Source: Lama glama
Taxonomy: Eukaryota
Assembly (NCBI GenBank): GCA_028534125.1
Contig: CM052816.1
Coordinates: forward strand, 77,440,001 to 77,504,000
Length of the DNA: 64,000 nt
Direction: 5' to 3'
Shown here piece by piece: positions 1 to 13,586 of the stretch; the first letter of the stretch is position 1, and every line of letters starts with the position of its first letter. Position numbers and translations under genes: made by a program. The notes beneath the pieces were generated by a model that searched no databases, was not told the DNA's origin, and saw only the letters and a list, made by a program, of their open reading frames with translations.

Positions 1-569
1 ACAGATACACATGGGGCATTTTCTAAGGGCACTCCCTTCCTGAAGCAGAACTCAGTTTGGGATTCTTCTAACTCCCTAGGAGGTCTGGTTCTGACAGGAC
101 CTCTCACCGCTGCTGGCCCTGAACCTGGCCTCCCAACCTGTGTGTCCCTCTTTCTTCTACCTTCCTCAACCAAATACCTCTTTCCCCATCAAAAGTCCCC
201 TTTCCTTCCTTTTCTTCTACCAATTCATTTTCTTATCAGAACCTCCGCATTCATCCACGCTCTCCTTCAATCACACCCTCCTTCAGTCTTGTGATGCACA
301 TAATGAAGACTGTGGAGAGTTAAAATACTGGCAAATCTAAAGTCCCTTTTGTTTTTAAGGGTCTGTAAATTGTGTGTGTGTGCAGAATCCTAGTAGGTTA
401 TAGTTTAAAGCAAATCTTATCTCTCTTTAAAAATGTCATTTTCCTTTGGATATGACCTTGGAAATAAAATCATGGATGAAAGTTATAGACTTGAGTAGAA
501 ATTCTGAGCTCTTGAGGTCACGACAGCACACTATTAGCGATAATAATAAGTAAGGCCACAGAGCGCCAC

Positions 570-760
570 CCATGTGCCAGGTTCTGCTGTGTTTTATAAC
601 TACAGCTATTGTAATTCTCACAGCTCTAGGAAGCAACACTGTCATTATCATGAACCTGGGAGGTCAGGTGACTGGTCTGAGTTCACACTGCTGGTAGATA
701 ATGGAGCTGGATTTTGAACCCTGGGAAGCCAGGAGTCTGGTTTCAGAGTCTGTGTTCTAG
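570..760 (-). mobile_element. MIR SINE fragment
   Basis: Degenerate reverse MIR core (gccaggttctg...attctcacagctct...ggagctggattttgaaccc); boundaries approximate. Confidence 0.55.
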
Positions 761-1139
761 TCAGACGTGTGACCCCCACATCACCGGCCCCGCCTAGGAG
801 CCTGTGTGCTAAGCACCACGTTACACACCAACGTGGACAAAGGCAGGGGGTTGGCAGGGAGGCGTGGGGGTGGCAGGCAGTTTTCCAAGTGCTACACTTG
901 TGTTGGCTCACTTAATCCTGACAACCACCATGTGGGGCCTCTACTAGTAGCCTCCCTAACCATAGGTGATGAATGGCAAAGTAACTGGCCCCGTGGGGAG
1001 CTTGGGGTTTAGCCAGGCGGACTGGTGCCGGAGCCCGCGTGTTTAACTATTATGCTGCTGCTTTTGTCTCCAAGACACGCAGAAAACAGTGACCCCCGCT
1101 CACACGTGCCATCCCGTCCGGAGGTGATGTCCTCCTTAC

Positions 1140-1251
1140 CTCTGCCATTCCCTCCACCACCTTCTGCTTATCCACCTGTAAGATGCCGTTCTTCGCTGTG
1201 CGAGACACGTGCAGCTCATGCCAGTGGCCCAGGGTGAGGGGCTCTTCACTC
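1140..1251 (-). CDS. EGFLAM: EGFLAM exon 15 (laminin-G 2)
   Basis: tgcag|G...GAG|gtaagg; translates [37 protein letters not shown]; 112 nt. Confidence 0.96.
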
Positions 1252-1607
1252 CTGCAGAAGAAAGGAAACTGAGCATGGGTTAGCAACACTGGCGTTATGG
1301 ATAATGTCCATCAGCCTCGTTCTGATGAAATGTGCCAACCTTGTGCACCTCACTCTGCTCAGCAGAGAAAACCGTCGTTCCTCCTTGGGAAACACAGCAG
1401 TGCTGTCTCCATTTATTGGACTCCTTTGTGGTAGGAGGATTGCATTTATTATTTTACTTAGTCCTTACAACAAGCCTGAAATATGGGTAGGATTAGCCTG
1501 GTTTTCAAGATCAGGGGTGACATGAGGGTAAAATGCGATCAGAGCTGCACACAAGCTTTGAAGAAGAGAAAATTATATGAGCTATGGTGGGAAACAGATT
1601 GCTGGGT

Positions 1608-1802
1608 GTACTGATGTCTGCAGCATCCTTTGAAATGCATAAAAAATAAGATGAATGGGTGGATAGAGGAGTATAAGGGTGAACAGATAAGGCAAATACA
1701 GCAAAATGTTAATCATAGACTACAGGTGGTGGGTATAAGGATGTACACCATACAATTCTTTCAACTTTTCTGTATTTAAAATTTTTTCATAATGAAATGT
1801 TG
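1608..1802 (+). mobile_element. Old L1M (L1ME-like) 3' end fragment
   Basis: gcaaaatgttaatcatagactacaggtggtgggtataaggatgtacac...caacttttctgtatttaaaattttttcataatgaaatgtt resembles old L1M 3' termini; a related piece lies at ~11420-11500. Confidence 0.55.
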
Positions 1803-4279
1803 CAGGGGGACAGAGTCCATGTTGTCTGATATTGTGAAAAGGATGAAAAGTACTTTAAAAATTCAATTATTAATTCAAGACGGAAACACTTGAAGTTTAA
1901 ATGGTATCAATAGGAGTTTAACATGGTACGTTTTACAATGAAATTTGCAGAGAGGGTAATTATTGCATTTGTATTTCTGATGATATATGTACAGTTCCTG
2001 GCCTTCACTGAACCTCCCGATCTATTTTTTGGTCCTGGATCATCTTTAGAAACCTGTCAGGAATACCAATGGGCACAATTATTGAAAGGTCTCCACCTCC
2101 TCACTTGATTTTTTGCTCTGGCAAATGCTTTTGTGATTTGTCCTTAGCAATTAGAATTTAATCACCTTGGCTCAATCAATAGGCAATAAAGAAACCAGCG
2201 GCCCTCTGGCAGCAGCCCGTCTCCGTAATAACTAACGGTGCCCACGCCCGTTCTCATCCTGCAGAGGTCACTCCCTGTCGATGCACTGCCTCCCTCAGCA
2301 CGGTGATATTGATCAAGGCCATCATGAGCTCATTTCAGTTGTCTCGATTTTTGAATCAAGTTCATAATAAATTAGACCACCTTATCCTTTTCCTAAAGTT
2401 AAAATGCTTTGGCCAATCCCACAGCTTCCTGGAGTTCAGGCTTTCACTGAATTGTCTTCATGAAGCAGGAAGTCTTTGAAATGGTTTTCAAAATACTCAT
2501 CCTCCACAGGGTCGCCTGGAAGACGAACCATGGTCAGGGCTGTCAGTTACACTAACCGTGAACAGTGTTGTTGGTTACACTGGAGAGGGGATGGCACGAG
2601 GGAGCAGATGACAGTCTGCTCCCTGGTAACTCAGCTCTGTTCTCCTTTTCATCACACCTGATACTCAAGAATTCTTTTTCCAGGTACCTTTCCTGACAGG
2701 GAAGCAATAACTTATGTTTAAAAAAAATTGAAAACACCTCTTCTCAAAAACAGACACAGAATTATGAAAGAGAAAAATGCTGGATGTCTAAGGTTCCAGG
2801 TATCTGGGACCCCACAGCGGGAGCTGCCTCCACAGAGGGGCAGGGAGCAGGGGGCAATGGTGCAGGAGGAGGGCTGAGGAGCCCCGACCCTCCCCAGCTC
2901 TTTCTGGTCGTTCCTTATCCAGGAAGAAGCCATTTGAAAGTACAAGGTGATATTCAAGGTGTCTTCCTTTCTCAACTTGACAAATAGTTCTAAGCGAATT
3001 GCTTAGATTGTTTTGCATAATCACATGTAAATTGAATCAATTAAGTACCTACCAAAGTTGTCTTGAGACATAGGATGTTTTTGCATAACCAGAAGTACAA
3101 AAATGTTTGTCCATTCCCCAAGGTGGGAGGTGTCACTGATGTGTAGGAATTCAGCCTTAAGAACAAAAATGAACTGTCCTTTTTAAGAGCTGTTGAAACC
3201 CAGCGCAGCATTTCCCATCAGCCATGAAAAATAGTCAGCAATTAAGGGCAATGCATGATTGTGACATCTCACCGACAAACTTTCTAGAAATGACAGTCTA
3301 GCAATATGAGTTGTGACCGAATACATCCCACAATTTCCTTTAAAATAACAGCGACAAAGACTGATTTCCTGCTGTAGGGCACCACTGAACACAACATGGT
3401 AGTGAGTTTCAAAAGAGAAGAAATCACAAATGTAGGAACAGGAATCATGTCTGCTTGGATTAGCAGGCGGCTGGCTTGAAGGTAAAAGCTCCCATGGGAG
3501 GCACACAGGAGACATAAACAAATAAGAAAAACGCCTGCACCTCCCACCTGGAGGCTCTGAGGGGTTCACAAAGATACTGCCACACGGTGCGGGAACGATC
3601 GATCTGCTAAGTAAGTGAATAGTGCAAACTGGATAACAGGAGGAAAGTTTAACAACTCAGAACCAGGTCTGCAGACACCAGTAAGTGCTTTGGAAATGCC
3701 TCGTTACTGCCGTGCTGTTGAAACCACTCATTTCACAGGCTTCTTGGGCACATTGGTCAGGGCCGAGTCTTTGCGATTGCTGCTAATTCACTGTCAGTTT
3801 TCCCCTATGGAGAACACTAAGAGCCATGCTAAATAACCAGTTACCATCAAAGAAATAATGCAAAAAGAAAGTCAAAATGTAAAGGGAGGTCACCAAGGAC
3901 GTTTCTGTGTGTTTAATTTCTATTAGCACTTTTTCACTAGTTGTCATATATTTGACACTCGGGGCAAGGGGCTGATTAGTGACAATTTACCAAGTTTTTG
4001 ATGATTGCATCACGTGATCTCAGGTGGAAAGGAAGACGGTTTACCCCTGTCCAAAGCCAGCCCATTTTCCAGAGTTCAAAGCAGAGATTCGCTACCTGCT
4101 GGCTAGTTATTTGAGGAAAGGAAGCCTTGCCAGCAGGAGAGCATGCCATCTGTATGCATCAGGACTGTGCAGGGAAGACAGGAAGAGTGCAACATAGGAG
4201 ATGACAAATTTGTCTTTTTGCAAAACAGCTGTTGTTTGGCTTTTGGGAGGAAGCGGCCCCTGAAGGTCTTAGCCCTTAC

Positions 4280-4523
4280 CTGAGAACACCAGTCCCAGAG
4301 CCACAGTCAAAGCGGAACTCCACGTGGCCCCCTGCCATGTTGATGGACAGGAAGTCTTTGCTGCCCGTGTCATAGCTGTACAGGAGGACACCATCACCCG
4401 AGTCTGGCCGAAATGTGATCTCAAACTCCATGAAGGAAAGGTAATGCCGGGGCTCCAGTGGCCAGGGTGTGGCGGCGTAGGACCTCAGAGACTCTCTGAA
4501 CTGAGGTATGGTCAAGGTGAAAG
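4280..4523 (-). CDS. EGFLAM: EGFLAM exon 14 (laminin-G 2)
   Basis: tgcag|CT...AG|gtaagg; translates (A)[80 protein letters not shown](R); 244 nt. Confidence 0.96.
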
Positions 4524-5114
4524 CTGCAGAAACAAGCATGGGGTTAGAAATCCCTCCGTGCCAGAGCTAGCTGTGTTCTTTTCCTCCTGGGTATAGAGCT
4601 GAGCTATACTTCTCGGCTGCTCTGAAGGGAGTGGCTGGCTGGTATAACTGAGTTCTGGCCGGTGGAAGGTGGGTGGGAATGTTACACAGAGCTCCAGGTC
4701 TGGCCCCTACAGCTTCCCTCCATCCCCCATCTCTCTCCCCTCACCAGCTGGCTGGATGCAGGACTCGATGGAGGATTCAAAGGCCCCAGCAGAGCCATTG
4801 GAAGGCAGGCCCCTGTGTCACTATGGAGCAGAGCCACCCCCTCCCACCTCTGCCCTGCAGTGATGTGAGCAAGGATCAACTTTATTATGTTAGGCTGCAG
4901 AAATATGAATATGGTGTGTAATAGCTTTGGCTGACTCTGACTCACAACACCTTTTTCTAGATGACAAGAGATTTGAGATTACACAGTGTTAAAAATCTTT
5001 TCCCCAGAGTGGTGTCTTAGGTCTAACTCTGAATTGCTGGTACAAAAGTTAAAACATGTTCCACTCTGCTGGGTTTTTCCAAAATCTTTTAAATATTTAA
5101 CATCTTCCACTATT

Positions 5115-5205
5115 ATATGTGTGTATTTGTGTGTGCATGTGTGTTTACATGTATATGTATACATATACGTGTATATATATGTATTTTAATATAATCAATA
5201 TATAT
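5115..5205. repeat. (TG)/(TA) low-complexity simple repeat
   Basis: atatgtgtgtatttgtgtgtgcatgtgtgtttacatgtatatgtatacatatacgtgtatatatatgt. Confidence 0.85.
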
Positions 5206-5605
5206 AGCATTGAGAGGTGGGATAATTCAGCACAGTACAAGAAAAACAGAAGCAACATCATGATCACTGTTAAGGTTTCTGTGTATCCCTTCCCAGCATT
5301 TTCTCTGAAACTATCAGATATTCTAAGGCGCGTGAGCTGTGAATGCTTCAAAGTCTGATACAAACCACACAAATGGAGGCTTTTCAAAGTTATCTGAGGG
5401 CCAAGAAGAGCCCACCTAAGCCTGGACCAGGAACATCTTCAAATGAACTTGTCTTTGGCTTGTTCGACACTCTGACACTTAAAAACACTCCAATGTGGTT
5501 TTAAAAAAAAAGAAAGAAAAAAAAAGAGAGAGCAAAGACCAATCCCATAGAAATGTATGAGGCTCTGCTAAAAGCATTGATGAGAAATTACGCCGACGTG
5601 AATTA

Positions 5606-5803
<198 letters not shown>

Positions 5804-6794
5804 TCATCGCGGGAGCCCATCCAAGGCTACGGAGCTGATCGCACCAACAGCTCACGGTCCTGAATACATACAGTGCCCTCCCTACTCCTGTTGATTGGCG
5901 TCTCTGCACAACTGCAAACCAGCTTTCAGGAGGAGTGGAACCTTCCCTTCATTTTAATTTGATTCCTCTGAGGAGGAGCCACAGAGACTCGTTAAAACAT
6001 GGTGGGCATGGTAAATCCAATAATAAATTACTGGGCAATGTGATGACCCTTGACAGGGAGGACTGAGTTATTTCTGCCGTAATTCATCTTGCTGTCATTC
6101 CCACAAGAGTGTGTTTCAACCCCTCCAATGTCAGCAGTGTTTATGTTAAAAGTGTTCTCGTTTGTGTGGCCCCAATTACCTTAAGTGCTGCCGCCTTGTT
6201 GGTTGAAAGTTGAGGCAAGCCAGATCAGCCCAGAAGGAGTTAGGAGCCTTGTCTAAGCTTATTAACAGACCTGGGTTGTGACTCCTCTGTCACAACCCAG
6301 CTGGCAGTGGGGAGGGAGGGCTCCATTGTACCTTAGCAGGGCCTCCAGAATCCCCATGTCTAAGCTCAACACTACAGCCTTATGAGGGGCAGGACAGCGA
6401 CCAGAAGTAAAAGGTGCTGAAAGGTTCAGTATCAGATGGGTCAGTTCTCTTGACCAAACAGGTATTAGAGAGACCCGTAAAGGGTATACACGGTCATTTT
6501 CAAGTGGAGATCACCCAATGAATGAAAACAAACGGACCTGAACGGGGCTGCTTTCCTTCTCCTTCTCCGCCCTTCCTTCTCTCCTGGTGTACGAGAAACA
6601 AACTAGACAGCTGGGCCGCAACCCGGCCCGGAACTACGTAGGTGAGTACAAAGCACCTGTTCTCGGGACAGAGCAAAGGGAAGGCACCTCAGATTGAGCC
6701 GTGAGGGGTCCAGCCCTGCACCCTGAAGTCTCCACTGAGACGCCCGCAGGAGCCAGCAGCCGCCCTGCTGTGAGATGTGGACCCCTTGTGGCCC

Positions 6795-6835
6795 GACTGT
6801 GTCATCTCACCGGTCATCTGTGAGATGACACAGTC
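6795..6835. repeat. Perfect 16-bp inverted repeat with 9-nt spacer
   Basis: GACTGTGTCATCTCAC (6795-6810), CGGTCATCT, GTGAGATGACACAGTC (6820-6835). Confidence 0.9.
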
Positions 6836-8240
6836 ATCTGAGCCAGGCTTTTTTTGAACTGAGCCAGGCTTTTCTTTTTCTAAAGCCTTGTTGGGAGGAG
6901 GGGGAGGGCTCGGCACACTGTGTACCCAAGAGAGGAGACTGACCTCAGGAACTGACAGCAGAATTTAAAGCCTTCCCAGGTGGCTTGCCACTCTGGCCGG
7001 GTGCACTGGCCTCTGTGAATTCCCATTGGGGGCCACTGCAATTTTAGGTAGAAGTGACCTAAGGTGGTCTTTTTTTTTTTTTTTTCCCTTCAGCCCTGAG
7101 AACACTGCCAGCATTCACAGCCTCTACAGAAAAGCTGATTTTAATTTGGAGAGCCAAGCTCTCACAGGTCCCTAGACTCCCCCAATTTCTGTGGGCTGAG
7201 GGTCTTTCTCAGAGAAGGACTGCTCCCACAGGAAGAAGTGGGGTTCTTGGGTTATTTTAGACCCACATGTTAAAATTATTTTGCATATTTGCTTTATAAC
7301 TATTTTTTATAGGTGGGAGTTGGGTGGAGGGGCAGGGCTGGAAGTAAGCCAGCGTTGTTTAGCTGATGGAGGCAGTGTCTCAGCGGCAAGATTCAGCTGG
7401 CGATGGTATGCAAGATAGACTGTGAGTGGTGGGGGTGGGAAGGAGGAGAGAAATCCTTTGGGGACGGGGCTAGATACGGTGAGGGCAGAGGAGATGGAGA
7501 GAAAGAATCAAAGGGGCATAGGACAAGAAGGAACAGCCAGTTCATCCTAGAGTTTGAAGCTGAGGAAGACTCCAGCCTAACCTCCAGGTTTCTAGCTTGG
7601 AAGACCGCAAGGAGCGGCAGGAGTAAAGACATGAGGGAGGCTGTGAGCAGGAACTGGTGTCTGAGGAACAGAGGAGTTGGTGTTTGTTCGATTTGCGCAT
7701 CAGGTGATGGGGGAAACTGAGCCCCAGGCAGGAAAGGACCCTGCCCACAGGTGAGGGCTGGAGGGGCAGCGGCAACTTGGGGGTGACGCTGACCCAAAGA
7801 ACAGGTGGGCTCCTTGAGAGAAGACAAGAGGGAGGGGCCCCCTGGAATGCCTGGGGAGCCAAAGAAGGTTGAGGGGGCAGCAGAGAGGACAAAAGGAGAA
7901 TAGACCGAGGGCCCAGAGGACCCAGACAGGGCGGGCTCCTGGAGGCTCAGGGAGGACCAGGAGCAAAGAGAGAAGTCAAGCTGATACCACCAAGAGGTTC
8001 AGGAGGGGTTTGCAAAGAGGGAACTGCTCAGAGATACAGGAGAGCAGTTTCGAAGTGCGGTAGAAGGCTGAACCCATCATAGGAGGTCCAGACAGGGGGC
8101 CTGGAAGAGTGCCAGCCAGAGTCAGGGCTTGAAAGAGAGGAGGGAGGTCCTCAGGGTTCCTGAATCAGAAGGGTCCAGGGTCACACAAACCTGGCACTGG
8201 TTTAAGCTGGAGAGGACCTGAGTGGGCGTGAATACGCTAG

Positions 8241-8698
8241 AGCAGGGGATTCATGAATTTTGATGGGAAAAATATTCATCTTTATTTTCCATGATCTCTG
8301 AGTGGACTTGAGTAGTTCCATCATTTATGCATGGAAGCAACAAAACTCCAATATTAGCAATTCTTGTGAACTGTGACCAACAGACCTGAGAATGGCGTGA
8401 ATCACTTTCCATTTGCCGCAGACAGAGATATCTATCATTTATCATGAAAATATCATTTATGCTCATCGCTACTTTGGAAGCATGGTAGTTACTGCACCCA
8501 CCATTAAAGAATCCTGTTCTTTAACGCTTTATGAAAAAGCACATATGTTACTATAATAACAAAACATCATTGTACTGCTTTGTTTCAATATAATTGTTTC
8601 CTACCATGTACATTATTACCTGCCTCCTGTGAAGAGGTCTATAGGCATCACCAAGTTGCTAAAGGGGTCCATGGCTCACAAAAGGTTAAGAATCCTTG
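8241..8698 (-). mobile_element. hAT-Charlie non-autonomous DNA transposon (MER119-like)
   Basis: Reverse complement of the right end reads caaggattcttaaccttttgtgagccatggacccctttagcaacttggtgatgcctatagacc, similar to the plus-strand copy at ~54600. Confidence 0.6.
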
Positions 8699-9089
8699 AG
8701 TTACTGAGAAGAGACAGTCCCGACAGCAAGGTTCCAGGGACACAGGGAAGGTTGGGTGCCAAATAGAGATGAACAGGTTAGTTCCAGGGAGGAGGAAACC
8801 CTTCATCTCTGAGAGGAGGAGGAAGGGGGTGCAAGATCATGTGTATAAGGGTCTGGCAGGACTGCATCATCAATACAGAAGATAACTTTTATTGACACTC
8901 ACACCCACTATATACCATTTGTCGTGTAGGTTTATGCAAGATAATGAAATAAGGGGAAGAAGAGACATCGGGCTCCCGAGGAGGGAAGAGAAGGTGGAAC
9001 ATCGTGGAGCAGGATACACTAAGGAGACCATGGACAGTGAGCAGCCTCCCTGCCCCTCCTCCCCTAATCCAGCCCAATAACGAGGCTTA

Positions 9090-9640
9090 TCTATTTCCTC
9101 TCCTAAACATCTGTCATATCTGCCACCACTACCACCCCGGATCAAACCACCATTATCTCTGATCATGACTACTGCATAGCCTGCCAGCTGGTCCACGTGC
9201 ACACCATGAAGATCCCTTCCAGTAAGCTGCCTATGATCAAAGGGATCTTTTCAAAACACCAGCTAGATCATGGGACCCACCTCCCCCTCATACTCTCATT
9301 TCCTCTGCCTGGAAGGCATTTCCATTTCTGCTCTGCTTTTTAACTCCTGCTCTTGCTTCATATATCAACCTCACAGCACATCCTCAGAAATGCTTTTCCT
9401 GACCCCAGCCTATAAATCCCCCCATCATACACTAGTACTTCCCCATCAATTCCCACTCTGAATTGTAATTTTACATTTATTTGTGTGATGATTATTTGAC
9501 TAATTTGCTCTCTCCTCGTGGCAGGTACATGAGGAATCCTGGGATCCTGTCTACCTTGTTCATTCCTTTCTCCCCAGCACTCAGCACTGTGACCAGCACT
9601 ACATAGGATCTTAAATAAGTATTTCCTGCAGAAGGATGAG
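9090..9640 (+). mobile_element. L2 LINE 3' fragment
   Basis: accaccattatctct...gatcttttcaaaacaccagctagatcatg...tccccagcactcagcactgtgaccagcactacataggatcttaaataagtattt, typical L2 3' motifs. Confidence 0.65.
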
Positions 9641-11089
9641 TAAGAGAGTGACAAGGCATAGTGAGACCCATGGCCACTGCAGACTTCTTGAATCTCAAAG
9701 AACTTGGGAAGCTGACTCTGTGAATTTGCTCCAGCAGGGAGTGGAGAACCAAGGAAGGATTGGAAAAAAATGAATGGTAGTGGTTTAGGTCTGAGAGTCT
9801 GGGTGGAAATAATAAAAGAAAAGTCTGGGCCAGAGAATGCAAAATTTCGCTGAGATTGCTGACTATTCTAGAATGTGAGTTCAGAGAGAGTCCAATAGCT
9901 GGAAATAGTCCAGTGAAGGAGATGAAGTGGGCGGGGTGAGTAATGAAAGGCCCCTTGGAAACAGGTTTAGTAAGAGTGGGGAGGTGGGACAGAGAAAAAA
10001 TTGTAGTTGAAGATCGCAATGCCAAGTTCAAGATCAGACCTAGGAGTTGTGACGCCTCTTCCAGAAGCCTGTATCTCCACCAGGAATGCACCGCTGTTTG
10101 CAAGAGTTCAGTCTCCCCCGTGGTGAGACTACATTTAACTTACAAGAACTCAAATCATTTCAGGAAGATTCACAGAAAGGAAAGCAAGGATGGAGGGTGA
10201 GGAAGGACAGCCAGCCCCGTTCTTGTACCTCATGGGGGAGAAATAGGGAAACATAAAAGAAAGGCCATGTGACCAATGCCTGCCATTAAGTTTCATAGAA
10301 ATCGAATAATCCAATTGCCGCCCCCAGGAAGCCCAGAGCCAGCAAGGTGGCCCTCCTTATCCATCTGCTCAGTGGAGAGGTTGGTATTGCACTGAGGGAG
10401 AATTTAAAATGCTGTCAAAAAAATCAGCCTTTGCTCAACTTTGTAACTTCTTAACTAACTGTCAGAGGTTACTGCAGCCTCAAGACTGCCAGATCTGTCC
10501 TGCAGGGCTGTTTCCCTGTTAGTTCAAAGAAGAGAGAAGAAGCAACTTTTCCCCTGTGGATGGGTGGAGTCAATATTAATGACATTAACAGTAGGAAATA
10601 TTCACAACACGTTTGCTATGTGCAAGGCTTTATTCTAAGTTCTTTACATGCACCACGGTGCATCTAGACAATCATCTTATGTGAGGCATACTGTTTACAG
10701 ATGGGGAACCCGAGTCCCTAAAAGGTTAAGTGATTTACCAAATCCAGGCAGTCTGCCTTCAGAGTGCTGGCTCCTCAATACCACAGGAGATGGCTGTTGG
10801 ACCCGGTGGCTCTTACGTTCTGAATCATCACAGATTTCCCAGAAGAGGGATTTTGGAGACATTATCCTACCACACTGGGTGCCTTTCTAATAGTTTTAGT
10901 CATTACGGTTGTTTGTTTGCTTTGACTAAATGATCAATTCAGGAAAAAAGCCACGTAGGGAATAATATGCGGCTAGTAATCATTTTCCTTTAAGCAAACT
11001 CTCTCTTTTGTCGTTCTAACAATGATATCACCTTTTGGAGTTAGAAGGGTAGAAGGAAGCAATTCAAAGGCAGTTTGGGAGCCTTTGAT

Positions 11090-11325
11090 GTGGTAGATGT
11101 GGTTAAAAGGGCAGGTGCTGGAGCCAGCCGGCTGAGGTCAACGCTTACCAGCTCTGCCACTTACTAGCTGTGTGACCTTGGGCAAATTGCTTAACTGTTC
11201 CGTATCACCAGCTCTCATCTGCAAACACTAAGGCTAAGGTTAGCACCTACTCTATAGGAATACTGAGAAGATAAAAGCAGTTTAGAATGGTGGCTAACTG
11301 TAGTAGGTGCTCAACTAACATTAGG
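11090..11325 (+). mobile_element. MIR SINE
   Basis: gtggttaaaagggcaggtgctggagccag...ctctgccacttactagctgtgtgaccttgggcaaattgcttaac...gtaggtgctcaac. Confidence 0.8.
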
Positions 11326-11677
11326 TATAAAACAAACAAATAAATTAAACAAACCTGGAGTTTGAGTATCGAATCCTAGCTCTGATCCAGGAATGGAGAG
11401 AGGGAGGGATAGGCTCATATATGGCAAAGCAAATGTGGCAAAATGTTAGTGGTAGAATCTAGGCAGTGGGTACATGGTGTTCACCATGTGTTCTTTCAAA
11501 ATAACACCTTGAAGATGGAGAAAAAAGTGACCCAAGGAAGGGACCTGCCATTTCTGGCCCAAACAATGTCATATGAGGATGTGATGTTCTCGGAGTTGTG
11601 GCACCATCTTGGAATTACATGTGAAAAGCAGGAGAACCACAGAGACACGAACCGGGGTTCTGGTATCATTGCATCAC

Positions 11678-12062
11678 CGTTAGGGGCTGAACTGTGTCCT
11701 CCCAAAATGCGTAGGTTGAAGCCCTAACTCTCAACGTGACTGTAATTGGAGACACGGACTTTGAGGAGGTAATTAAGGTTAAATGAGGTCATGGGAGTGG
11801 GCTCTAATCTAATCTGACTGGTGTCCTTCTAAGAAGAGGGAGAGACAGCAGGGATTCAAGCACAGATAAAAGGCTGCGTGAGGACACAGTGAGAAGGTGG
11901 CCGGCCATCTGCAAGCCAAGGAGAGAGGCCTCAGGAGAAACCAAATCTGCCAACACCTGATCTTGGACTTCCAGCCTGTGAAACTGTGAGGAAATAAGTT
12001 TCTGTTGTTTAAAACACCCAGCCTGTGGTATTTTATTATGACAGCCCTTGCTGACTAAAACA
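11678..12062 (+). mobile_element. MaLR solo LTR (MLT1A/B-like)
   Basis: ctgaactgtgtcctcccaaaat...gtaattaaggttaaatgaggtcat...ccatctgcaagccaaggagagaggcctcagg...ttggacttccagcct...gactaaaaca; ~385 bp, ends in CA. Confidence 0.88.
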
Positions 12063-12147
12063 CACACTGCATTAACCAACGTTAGAATTATCTATCTGCT
12101 GCCTTTAGTGATGGAATAAATGTCCGTATTGCTTCAAAAACAATCCT

Positions 12148-13586
12148 AGTCTTTTCAACAAATGGTACTAGAACTGGACATCCTACAAAAAAAAGTGAAT
12201 CTAGACACAGACCCTACACCCTTCCCAAAAATTAACTCAAAATGGATCACAGACTTAAATGTAAACATAAAACTACAAAATTCCTTGAAGATGACATGGG
12301 TGAAAACTTAGATGACCTTGAATAAAGCAATGATTTTTTAGATACAACACCAAAGGCATGATCCTTAAGAGAATAATTGATAAGCTGGACTTCATTAAAA
12401 TGAAAAACCTCTACTCTGTAAGAGACAATGTCAAAAGGACAAGAAGACAAGCCATAGACTGGGAGAAAATATTTTCAAAAGACACATCTGATAAAGGACT
12501 GTTCCCAAAAATGTGTAAAGAACTCTTAAAACTCAACAGTAAGAAAACAAACAACCTGATTTAAAAATGGGCCAAAGACCTTAACAGACACCTCACCAAA
12601 GAAGACATACAGAAGGCAAATAAGCATGTGAAAAGATGTTCACATCATTTACTCACCAGGGAAATGCAAATTACAGCAAGATTTCACTACACACCTATTA
12701 GAATGGCCGAAATATGGAACACTGACAACATCCAATGCTAACAAGGATGTGGAGCAATAGGAACTCCCATTCGTTCATGGTGGGAATGCAAAATGGTACA
12801 GTCACTCTAGAACACAGTTTGGGGGTTTCTTACAGAACTAAACATATTCTTACTGTATGATCCAGCAATCATGCTCCCTGGTAGTTACCCCAAAGAGGTG
12901 AAAACTTATGTCCACACAAAAATCTGAACATGGATGTTTATAGCAGCTTTATTCATAATTGACTTAGAAGCAACCAAGGTGTCTTTCAGCAGGTGAACTG
13001 TGGTAGATCCAGGTAATGAAATATTATTCAATGCTAAAAAGAAATGAGCTATCAAGGCATGAAAAGGCATGGAGGAAACTTGGGTGCATATTACTAACTG
13101 AAGGAAGCCAATCTTTGAAGGCTCTGTAATGTATGATTCTAACTATATGACATTCTGGAAAAGGCAAAAACTATAAAGAATATAAAAAGATCAGTGGTTG
13201 CCAGGGATTTTGGATGGGGTGAAAAGAGAGATGAACAGGCAGGACAGAGAGGATTCTTAGGGCAGTGAAAGTATTCTGTATAATACCATAATATGGATAT
13301 ATGCTATTACACACTTGTCCAAGCCCATAGAATAAAAAACATTATAAATGAACCATAATGTAAACTCTGGGTTTTGAGTGATGATGATGTGTCAATGGGT
13401 TCATCAATTGTAACAAATGTATAACAAATCCCTCTGGTGGGGGATGCTGATAGTGGGGGGGGGGGTCCTCTTCAGGTGTGGAGGCCGAGGGCATATGGGA
13501 AATCTCTGTACCTTCCCCTCAATTTTGCTGTGAACCTTAAACTACTCAAAAAAATAAATTCTTATTAAAGTCTTAATTTAAAAAAA
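12148..13586 (+). mobile_element. 5'-truncated L1 (L1MC-like), end of ORF2 plus 3' UTR and A-rich tail
   Basis: Decayed ORF2 C-terminal frame (IDKLDFIKMKNLYSVRDNVKRTRRQAIDWEKIF); 3' UTR motif gggaaatctctgtaccttcccctcaattttgctgtgaaccttaaactact; A-rich end. Confidence 0.9.

Noticed and set aside
6795..6856. Rho-independent terminator (hairpin followed by a T-run)
   Set aside because: The sequence is a mammalian intron, and the T-run is separated from the stem and belongs to a small duplication.
9492..10103. 203-aa ORF and other long ORFs in the track (e.g. 17783-18241, 18558-19064, 30225-30770)
   Set aside because: No recognisable domains or splice context; several overlap decayed repeats; consistent with chance intronic ORFs.
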